Below, one piece after another: positions 8,790-15,142 of a stretch of DNA of 20,000 nucleotides. Location of the stretch: the IMG/VR virus record IMGVR_UViG_3300027659_000012. One strand, written 5' to 3'. A program made the position numbers and the translations under genes. Within the stretch, counting starts at the first letter, position 1, and every line of letters begins with the position of its first letter. The notes under the pieces were generated by a model, which was not told the DNA's origin, searched no databases, and was given only the letters and a program-made list of their open reading frames with translations. The stretch is from an uncultured virus (IMG/VR IMGVR_UViG_3300027659_000012) (taxonomy: Duplodnaviria > Heunggongvirae > Uroviricota > Caudoviricetes).

Positions 8790-9590
8790 CATGGTTTCAG
8801 TTTTGGTTGGATTTGTCAGCGCGTTGAACTCCGCCTCGGTCAGATACTCACCATTGATATACCATGCTTCGTAGCCGTCCGAATGTGCGACAGCAGGGCC
8901 GTCTGGGTTGTGGAGCTTGCCGTTGATATAGTGCGCTTCATAGCCGGCCGGACCTGTGACGGCAGGGCCGTCTGTCCGGTGGATTTTGCCGTTGATATAC
9001 CATGCTTCGTAGCCGCTCGCAAATATGGCAGCAGGGCCGTCTAGCCGGTGCAAGATGGTCATATCCCTGTCGGGATAATAACGGGTGTTGCCGTTTTCGA
9101 TTTGGATATATTGTATTTCCATGGTTTGGTTTGGTTGGGGATTTGTGAGCGCGTTGAACTCAGCTTCGGTCAGTTCTTCGCCCTGTATACACCATTCGTT
9201 GCAGCCGTTCGCCCGTGTGACAGCAGGGCCGTTTGGATTGTGGAGTTCGCCGTTGATCCACCACGCTTCGTAGCCGTTCGCCCGTGTGACAGCAGGGCCG
9301 TTAGGGTTGTGGAGTTTGTTGTTGATATACCATGCTTCGTAGCCGTCCGGACCCGTGACAGCAGGGCCGTTAGGGTTGTGGAGTTCGTTGTTGATATACC
9401 ATTGTTTGCTGCCGTTTGTCTCTGTGACAGCAGGGCCATTTGGGTTGTGGAGTTTCCCGTTGATATACCACGCTTCGTAGCCATCCAAACTTATTACGGC
9501 AGGACCGTCGAGCCGGTGGTAGATGGCCATCGCCTTGTCGGAATAATAGCAAGTAAAGCCGTCTCCGCATAGGATGTATTGTGTTGTCAT
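8286..9590 (-). CDS. Composite repeat protein: two HxxxGPA-repeat modules (5 + 3 repeats) fused to a paralog of 7194..8186
   Basis: 23-aa unit H(R/N)x(D/N)GPA(V/A)xxxxGxxxW(Y/W)ING; internal in-frame ATGs at 9122 and 8792. Confidence 0.8.
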   Translation of the reverse strand: MTTQYILCGDGFTCYYSDKAMAIYHRLDGPAVISLDGYEAWYINGKLHNPNGPAVTETNGSKQWYINNELHNPNGPAVTGPDGYEAWYINNKLHNPNGPAVTRANGYEAWWINGELHNPNGPAVTRANGCNEWCIQGEELTEAEFNALTNPQPNQTMEIQYIQIENGNTRYYPDRDMTILHRLDGPAAIFASGYEAWYINGKIHRTDGPAVTGPAGYEAHYINGKLHNPDGPAVAHSDGYEAWYINGEYLTEAEFNALTNPTKTETMNDTLFTEVYDTCMTCFEKQPTESTMTKTIEDYQKEIKSLKMSNRHMSEDLDDLYKRESQHIIKMGKLKGIPGKTLFELPVGNLENHKRDDEMAEGIKHIIAYPIDIPSLVRQAFWNNVCGDEPFASDGHRWKDKPYNMLSDLIREIRTLRKYIILNEKEKIKGTPIQ

Positions 9591-9654
9591 GGTTTCGTTT
9601 TGTTGTTGGCTGTTAGGTGAGTCTTGTGCCCCGGCGGTGCCAGCGCACGAGCGT

Positions 9655-10419
9655 TCATCCGAGGATGTTGCCGATTCGATCCCATATGGTTGGACGTTCG
9701 ATTTTCGCGGGTCTGCGGCTTAGCCATTCCTTTTCGGTTTCCCACCCGTAGTCGTGTTTAACCAGTCCGTTGAGACTGCGGCTGATTCTCATTATTTGGT
9801 AATCGAATCCGAATCCACATTTTACGACGTAATATCCCTTCTCGCAAAGAGGCGAACAAGGCGCGGATGGACAATCCGCCTTCAGTGTAAGCGCGTTGAA
9901 CTCCGCTTCGGACAGTTCTTTGCCGTTGATAACCCATGATTTGTAGCCGTCGGGCCACGTGACGGCAGGACCGTCTGGATTGTGGAGGAGTCCGTTGATA
10001 TAGTGTGCCGTGTAGCCGTTCGGACCTATGGCAGCAGGGCCGTCTAGCCGGTGCAAGATGGTCATATCCCTGTCGGAATAATAATAGGTGTTGCCGTTAT
10101 CGTTTTGGACATATTGTATTTCCATGGGTTGGTTTGGTTGGGGATTTGTGAGCGCGTCAAACTCCTCCTCGGTCAGTTCTTTGCCGTTGATCCACCATTG
10201 TTTGTAGCCGTTCGGATATGTGACCGCAGGGCCGTCTGGGTTGTGGCGTTCGCCGTTGATCCACCAAAATTTGGAGCCATGGTTCCCTATGATTGCAGGA
10301 CCGTCTGCCCTGTGGGTGATCGTCATCGCCTTGTCGGCAAAATAGTAGGTATTTCCGTCGGCGTGTTTGATATATTGTGTCTTCATGGTTTCAGTTTTGG
10401 GTTGGGTGGTTGGTGTCAT
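9655..10419 (-). CDS. Composite repeat protein: two modules (2 + 2 repeats) fused to an unrelated C-terminal segment
   Basis: Start at 10419 (ATGA-coupled) or 10386; internal ATG at 10125; the tail ADCPSAPCSPLCEKGYY... is unrelated to the repeats. Confidence 0.75.
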   Translation of the reverse strand: MTPTTQPKTETMKTQYIKHADGNTYYFADKAMTITHRADGPAIIGNHGSKFWWINGERHNPDGPAVTYPNGYKQWWINGKELTEEEFDALTNPQPNQPMEIQYVQNDNGNTYYYSDRDMTILHRLDGPAAIGPNGYTAHYINGLLHNPDGPAVTWPDGYKSWVINGKELSEAEFNALTLKADCPSAPCSPLCEKGYYVVKCGFGFDYQIMRISRSLNGLVKHDYGWETEKEWLSRRPAKIERPTIWDRIGNILG

Positions 10420-10667
10420 AGTGAAAAGCGCAAACGCTTCCACCACGGACGGCGGACTGTCTCACGAAAGTCTGTGGTGATCCGATGCCATCTGCGCGAA
10501 TGCTCGTTCGCCGAGTGAAGGTCCTCATACTCGTATGAGACGCGCCACCGCCCCCATTGCGAGGGTGCCTCGACAGGGTTGGATAGGTATCGCCCACCGC
10601 AGGCTTTTAGTATCTCATCAAACTGTCCGAGTTTACCATCAGGTATTGGTTCGTTGTAGCATTTCAT
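10416..10667 (-). CDS. Hypothetical protein
   Basis: 83 aa, ATGA overlaps on both sides. Confidence 0.7.
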   Translation of the reverse strand: MKCYNEPIPDGKLGQFDEILKACGGRYLSNPVEAPSQWGRWRVSYEYEDLHSANEHSRRWHRITTDFRETVRRPWWKRLRFSL

Positions 10668-11008
10668 TTCTTATTAGGTTGCTTAGGATTTGTGCGTGCG
10701 TTGAACTCCTCTTCGGTCAGTTGCTTGCCGTTAATATACCATGATTTGCTGCCGTCAGAATATATGACAGCAGGGCCGTCTGGGTTGTGGCGTTCGCCGT
10801 TGATATAGTGCGCTTCATAGCCGTCCGGACCTATGACAGCGGGGCCGACCAGGCGGTGGAGTTCGCCGACGATATAGTATGCTTTGCGGCCGCTCGCAAA
10901 TATGGCATCATCGAGTTGTCGCTGAAGTTCGGCGATTTGCCTTTTAAGATCGGCGATGTGATCGCTGCTCTTGATTCGCTTGGCATCTGGATTTCCTTTG
11001 TAAGGCAT
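10664..11008 (-). CDS. Short coiled coil fused to 2.5 HxxxGPA repeats
   Basis: Likely start MPYKG at 11008, just after the upstream stop at 11010; ends with the module tail LTEEEFNARTNP. Confidence 0.75.
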   Translation of the reverse strand: MPYKGNPDAKRIKSSDHIADLKRQIAELQRQLDDAIFASGRKAYYIVGELHRLVGPAVIGPDGYEAHYINGERHNPDGPAVIYSDGSKSWYINGKQLTEEEFNARTNPKQPNKK

Positions 11009-11009
11009 A

Positions 11010-11324
11010 TTATTTTTTATATTTGTCACGCTGTTCTTCGAGCCATGATTTGGGTCTGCCTGACCAGTCGAAAGACCAGAGATTGAAGAAAGGCAAATCT
11101 CTTTCGATATCATAAACCTCTAGCTCTTCGAGCCAGACAAATGAAGAAGAGGAGTTCAATTGGGTCTTGCGAACCGTATACTCTTTGCCTACCTCGAGCA
11201 GCCGCTGATCCTCGACCACGTTGGTGAACCAGTGAATCGTCAAGGGTTCATTGAAGACGACCTTCTGGCCATCCTCAGGAAATCCCATTTCTTTTTTACC
11301 GTCAACTGTATCGTGGATGCTCAT
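11010..11324 (-). CDS. Hypothetical protein
   Basis: 104 aa, TGATG overlap with the upstream gene. Confidence 0.7.
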   Translation of the reverse strand: MSIHDTVDGKKEMGFPEDGQKVVFNEPLTIHWFTNVVEDQRLLEVGKEYTVRKTQLNSSSSFVWLEELEVYDIERDLPFFNLWSFDWSGRPKSWLEEQRDKYKK

Positions 11325-11527
11325 CAGCTAAAGAAGATGCACGAGATTGCTAATATGATTGCGCCGAGAGCAATCAAGATGAAAGCTACTGGCAACATGA
11401 AAGCAGTAAAGACAATATGAATAATTGCCCAGGCCCAACTCAATGAGCGCGCAACTATTCCGAGGATGATCAAAGCAAAGAAGCACATGATCGCGACAGG
11501 CATCGTCATTTCAGTAGGCATTTCCAT
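11324..11527 (-). CDS. Small hydrophobic membrane protein
   Basis: Almost wholly hydrophobic 67 aa; first gene behind the promoter at 11555-11583. Confidence 0.7.
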   Translation of the reverse strand: MEMPTEMTMPVAIMCFFALIILGIVARSLSWAWAIIHIVFTAFMLPVAFILIALGAIILAISCIFFS

Positions 11528-11554
11528 ATTTTTTAGAGTTTCAATTACGCCAGT

Positions 11555-11583
11555 ATTCTACCATATTCCGAGAGACATGTACA
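11555..11583 (-). promoter_or_regulatory. Early promoter TGTACA-N17-TAGAAT
   Basis: -35 at 11583-11578; extended TGG and -10 at 11560-11555. Confidence 0.75.
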
Positions 11584-11591
11584 TGCCCTTT

Positions 11592-11678
11592 TTAATCTTT
11601 TTCGGCAAAATAGTCTAGCGCCATTGCGAAAATAAAGCATATGCAGATAACCATCATAATTTTTAGTTCGATACTCAT
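11592..11678 (-). CDS. Small membrane protein (28 aa)
   Basis: MSIELKIMMVICICFIFAMALDYFAEKD; starts 1 nt after the upstream stop. Confidence 0.55.
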   Translation of the reverse strand: MSIELKIMMVICICFIFAMALDYFAEKD

Positions 11679-11679
11679 A

Positions 11680-11850
11680 TTACCAGAATTTTAAATTTCT
11701 ACCCGCGTTGCCGATGATAAAGAAACAGGTGACGATGTGGACAAACCACCAGAAGGTTCGAATCAGCGCCGCGACGTCCGATTCGACATCATGATCGCTT
11801 ATCTTGTGACCCATCGTCTTGGCCCAGATTCTCCAGAGGCGTTTAGTCAT
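11680..11850 (-). CDS. Small membrane protein of a type seen in T4-like phages (56 aa)
   Basis: MTKRLWRIWAKTMGHKI..D.ESD.AALIRT...VTCFFII; true start is probably 11850, not 12012. Confidence 0.7.
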   Translation of the reverse strand: MTKRLWRIWAKTMGHKISDHDVESDVAALIRTFWWFVHIVTCFFIIGNAGRNLKFW

Positions 11851-12268
11851 TAATTGGTTTAAGAACCTCTTTGATGTTCTTGGCACCGTATTGATTGGCC
11901 GAATGAATATACGTCCGCATCGGAGGCATACCCGCTTCTTGCCACTTGCGAAGAATGAATTCCGCACATGATTTGCCAGTCTTCTCACGAAGGTTGCCAT
12001 ACTCGATGACACCGCTAGTGGGTTGAGTCACATCATGATAATGACGAATATGCTCGAAGTGAAGATCATGATCAAAGGACACGGTGTCAGGAAGCCCATT
12101 CTTGTTGATGTAACGAACGAACGAGTCGTAGTTGCGAACGATTTGCCACTGGTTATTCGCGACACCTGATGCATCGATCAGGTTGATATCCCTATCACTA
12201 AGGTATGCGCCATTAGGATAACGCACGTCATCCAAGAATAGGTTATAAGGCTCGTATGTATTTTCCAT
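11843..12268 (-). CDS. Cyclic-phosphate-processing receiver (cREC-like) domain protein
   Basis: LFLDDVR...W.IVRNY...SFDHDL...KTG...HSAN..G..NI. Confidence 0.8.
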   Translation of the reverse strand: MENTYEPYNLFLDDVRYPNGAYLSDRDINLIDASGVANNQWQIVRNYDSFVRYINKNGLPDTVSFDHDLHFEHIRHYHDVTQPTSGVIEYGNLREKTGKSCAEFILRKWQEAGMPPMRTYIHSANQYGAKNIKEVLKPIND

Positions 12269-12271
12269 ATA

Positions 12272-12514
12272 TTATTTTTTAATTGCAGCGAAGATCTCTT
12301 CGACTCCTGAGATTATGTCCTGAACTTCTCCGTTGTCGGAATATACCACTAACCGCGGAACGGCCTTGATGTTATGATCCTTAAAGAAGGTAGGAAATTC
12401 ATCGGCATCTTTGATGGTAACTCGATCTAAAAAACCGGTTGCCAATAAGCGTTGTTTTAATTGTTGGCATGGAGTGCACCAGGATGCAGAGGCCAGAATA
12501 AATGTCTTTTTCAT
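12272..12514 (-). CDS. Thioredoxin/glutaredoxin-like protein
   Basis: ASWCTPC active site and cis-Pro loop IKAVPRL; start MKKTF at 12514. Confidence 0.85.
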   Translation of the reverse strand: MKKTFILASASWCTPCQQLKQRLLATGFLDRVTIKDADEFPTFFKDHNIKAVPRLVVYSDNGEVQDIISGVEEIFAAIKK

Positions 12515-12519
12515 ATGTG

Positions 12520-12813
12520 TTATTTTTCTTCTATTGCTGAGTGAACCACACAAAAATCTGCGATGCATTCTTTACGATTGATCATGTGTTGCTTACCACG
12601 TTTTGTCATCTGTTCAGACCACCATTCAAAAAAGTGATCGAGGATTTGCGTCTCGGTCCAGATGGTTTCAATTGGTTCATCATTTTCTCCGGGTTCTACC
12701 CACTTGTATTTCTTTTCTTTCTTACCGAAGATGCGATCCCAATTGTCTCGTCCTTCCATGGAAAGGATACGCGATTGAATCGCATCGCCAGTAATATCAT
12801 TCTTCGCTGCCAT
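12520..12813 (-). CDS. Phage hypothetical protein
   Basis: NDITGD.I.SR...NWDRIFGKK N-terminus, common in T4-like small ORFs. Confidence 0.75.
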   Translation of the reverse strand: MAAKNDITGDAIQSRILSMEGRDNWDRIFGKKEKKYKWVEPGENDEPIETIWTETQILDHFFEWWSEQMTKRGKQHMINRKECIADFCVVHSAIEEK

Positions 12814-13030
12814 AGACGTGTGATTTTAGATAGGTTAAATATTCCTCAGAATGAGCCGCAGAATTATAGACATAGTCAAAGAGAAAGTCGATGAAGCGTT
12901 GATCGTCATCATCGACACTCAGTTTGGAGAGCAGTTGTTGAAACTGTGCTTCCTCCTCCTTGGCATAGGCAGTCTGGATCGTGCGAAGCTCCTCAATTAT
13001 CCCTTCTTCCAATTTAGTTAATTTTCTCAT
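12797..13030 (-). CDS. Hypothetical protein
   Basis: Likely start MRKLTK at 13030. Confidence 0.65.
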   Translation of the reverse strand: MRKLTKLEEGIIEELRTIQTAYAKEEEAQFQQLLSKLSVDDDDQRFIDFLFDYVYNSAAHSEEYLTYLKSHVYGSEE

Positions 13031-13718
13031 AATATCTGTCGTGTGTTTCTCGATACATGTCGATGCGACCAATGATCTCTTCGATCAAAGGATCCCTTTG
13101 CCCAGCAACACTGATCGCGAAGGGCTTCACGTAATTATATATGCCATCAATGAGCCGCTGCTCAGAGGTAGGATGCTCTCTACGATTCTTTTTGAAGCGA
13201 GCGTCCCATTCTTTACGGGATTGTTCCCATTCTTGGGTTTTTGCATTGAACTCTTCGTCATCCATACACCGAGCGGGGTCATTTCGAGATACTTCAACAT
13301 CACCGACCAATTTACCACGCAAGAAGACAGCAGTGTATTCGATCCAGCCAGACACAAAACGTTGCCATTTATTACTGCCTAACGGTTCGCCCTTTGGATA
13401 ATCGTCGTGATGATAGCTTTCATAGAACTCGATACCTCCAGTAAACGCTTCTTTTTCCCACCAAGTAGTGAGCGTCTCGGTATGGCCAATACGATCCATG
13501 ATAGATTCACCATTTGGATCGCTAGGTTCTACCCATTGAGTCGTCTTATGTTGCTGCCAGAGCTGACCCTCGGCATCGATCTTATAGAACACCATTCCTT
13601 GTTCAGGTGTGTCCTTAGTCTGAAAGGCCACATTCTCGGCACCTTCCCAGGTATCGATCACCTTCTGAGGAAGCTCAGGAAGGAGATACTCGCATTTGAT
13701 ATAGTCGAACATTCCCAT
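13014..13718 (-). CDS. Phage hypothetical protein (MGMFDYIKC...FQTKD type)
   Basis: 234-aa ORF with a recurrent phage N-terminus. Confidence 0.8.
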   Translation of the reverse strand: MGMFDYIKCEYLLPELPQKVIDTWEGAENVAFQTKDTPEQGMVFYKIDAEGQLWQQHKTTQWVEPSDPNGESIMDRIGHTETLTTWWEKEAFTGGIEFYESYHHDDYPKGEPLGSNKWQRFVSGWIEYTAVFLRGKLVGDVEVSRNDPARCMDDEEFNAKTQEWEQSRKEWDARFKKNRREHPTSEQRLIDGIYNYVKPFAISVAGQRDPLIEEIIGRIDMYRETHDRYYEKIN

Positions 13719-13722
13719 AATT

Positions 13723-13887
13723 TTATTTTGTGTGTGAGGCTAAGATGAGACCGAGGTTTGCCATGGCATATGATGCCCAGACAATGAACCACGGCCAATT
13801 TGATTTATATGCGTAAGAGATGGCTACTACCAAATATAAGACGAATACGATCGCCACGATAGTTTCTTCAAGGTTTTCTATTTTCAT
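13723..13887 (-). CDS. Small two-TM membrane protein
   Basis: MKIENLEE...IVFVLYLVVAISY...WFIVWASYAMANLGLIL. Confidence 0.65.
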   Translation of the reverse strand: MKIENLEETIVAIVFVLYLVVAISYAYKSNWPWFIVWASYAMANLGLILASHTK

Positions 13888-14035
13888 CAGGTTTTTTAAG
13901 TTTGTAACGATCGCGAAATCCATTTAATGCCAGAGCAAAGTTATGCTGACCGACGGTCCAGGCATCACTTAAGATTTCTTGACCACGAAAGATGTAAATG
14001 TCTTGCTTTACGGATTGTGTACGTATAGGTGCCAT
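13868..14035 (-). CDS. Hypothetical protein (55 aa)
   Basis: Start MAPIRT at 14035 fills the gap. Confidence 0.55.
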   Translation of the reverse strand: MAPIRTQSVKQDIYIFRGQEILSDAWTVGQHNFALALNGFRDRYKLKKPDENRKP

Positions 14036-14043
14036 ATTGTAAT

Positions 14044-14337
14044 TTATGATTCGATTTCTTTGCGGGTTTTGAAATCCCAAGGGTCAACGCCAATCTCTTT
14101 CAGGCGCTCATCGACTCGATCGCACTCGACATCGCCAGGATCCCCTCCTTGCCATTCGCTAAACACTTCATTTTCTTGACCTTCGACTCGCATACGGGCT
14201 TTCTTATCAAAGATGGTACGATTGCTTTCGCAATAGCCACAACTGCCATGATTGCGGCAGCTATGATCGAAGCGCTTGGAACCACGATAGGCTTTACGCT
14301 TTTCTTTCTTATGAATGATTGCTTTTTCTAGGCTCAT
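14044..14337 (-). CDS. Basic phage protein with CRNHGSCxYC motif
   Basis: Cys/His cluster, possibly Zn-binding. Confidence 0.75.
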   Translation of the reverse strand: MSLEKAIIHKKEKRKAYRGSKRFDHSCRNHGSCGYCESNRTIFDKKARMRVEGQENEVFSEWQGGDPGDVECDRVDERLKEIGVDPWDFKTRKEIES

Positions 14338-14349
14338 AGTAAATTGAGG

Positions 14350-14547
14350 TTAGAACATGATGTAAGCAAGTCCTTGGCACTTGGTCTTACGAAGCTTAGG
14401 AAGAGCTGCATAGTGAGCATCCAGAGCATCGCGTTCTTGCGCAGAGGCAAGACGAGAGTATTCAGAATTGGCCACAGTGAGGATCCAACCACCGCCGACT
14501 CCGGCGTAGGCGAATGAGAAATCTTTTTTGAGGGAGTTGATTGTCAT
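14350..14547 (-). CDS. Hypothetical early protein
   Basis: Shares its leader and first codons (CTCTATATTATGACAATCAA) with the upstream gene. Confidence 0.7.
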   Translation of the reverse strand: MTINSLKKDFSFAYAGVGGGWILTVANSEYSRLASAQERDALDAHYAALPKLRKTKCQGLAYIMF

Positions 14548-14568
14548 AATATAGAGGGAGGTTTCAGG

Positions 14569-14742
14569 TTATAGAGTAAAGGCAACAAGTTTGGCACCTT
14601 GATTCATGGCAATGTCTATCGCTTCAGATTTTGAAGATGTGCTTCCTATAACTTGCCAATCGCTGCCTTGGTTGATTCCATAGATTCGAAGCATTCCACT
14701 GGAGGATTCTTCGATGGCGGTTTCTGAGAATTTGATTGTCAT
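14569..14742 (-). CDS. Hypothetical early protein (57 aa)
   Basis: MTIKFSETAIEESSSGMLRIYGINQG...AKLVAFTL; directly behind the promoter; below the track cutoff. Confidence 0.7.
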   Translation of the reverse strand: MTIKFSETAIEESSSGMLRIYGINQGSDWQVIGSTSSKSEAIDIAMNQGAKLVAFTL

Positions 14743-14830
14743 AATATAGAGAGGAGTTGCTTACATGGTTATTCTACCATATCTGGCGCCTTTGTACATC
14801 ACTTTTTACATAGAAAGTGAAAATAATTTC
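14740..14830 (-). promoter_or_regulatory. Early promoter cassette copy 2 (TGTACA-N16-TAGAAT)
   Basis: -35 at 14798-14793, -10 at 14776-14771; near-duplicate of 4861-4951. Confidence 0.8.
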
Positions 14831-14831
14831 A

Positions 14832-14860
14832 TAAAAATGGGGACCCCTGAGGATCCCCAC
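14832..14860 (-). terminator. Rho-independent terminator
   Basis: GTGGGGATCC-TCAG-GGGTCCCCAT-TTTT on the minus strand, just after the stop at 14875. Confidence 0.85.
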
Positions 14861-14874
14861 TGATTTACAATGAC

Positions 14875-15096
14875 TTAGGCGCTCACGAAGGAATAGAGTT
14901 CCTCAGCACGTTGAAGGATATTCTTCGTCTTAGGAAACATTCCATCAACCTCGGTCTCGGTAAGCATCTGCTTGGTCGGATCCTTTTCTTCCTCGAGTCG
15001 AAGCAATTGCATCTTCTCATGGAACTTTGTCATTTCATCTTGGTGGGCCATCTCAAGGACATTGAGACGGATTTCATAGGCATTTTTGTTGCTCAT
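14875..15096 (-). CDS. Conserved T4-like phage hypothetical (YEIRL..L.MA...P....I...AE.LY.FV)
   Basis: Recognisable small-ORF pattern; own leader hairpin and terminator. Confidence 0.75.
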   Translation of the reverse strand: MSNKNAYEIRLNVLEMAHQDEMTKFHEKMQLLRLEEEKDPTKQMLTETEVDGMFPKTKNILQRAEELYSFVSA

Positions 15097-15142
15097 AGGT
15101 GTGTGTAGTTAATGTAAGGATTATTCCGTACAATCCTATATA

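Larger units (their letters stand above)
8793..10910 (-). repeat. Dispersed array of about 69-bp coding repeats (14 full units plus 1 partial, in 5 modules)
   Basis: Recurring cagcagggccgt and gccgttgatata cores; about 9024-9180 is near-identical to about 10027-10183. Confidence 0.9.

Noticed and set aside
9024..10183. Near-identical pair (about 9024-9180 and 10027-10183) as a DGR template/variable repeat
   Set aside because: Mismatches are not confined to adenines of either copy (C/T and CGT/TAT changes occur), both copies are coding, and no reverse transcriptase is in the window
8793..10910. CRISPR array
   Set aside because: Repeats are degenerate, 69-bp in-frame coding units without unique spacers; no cas genes
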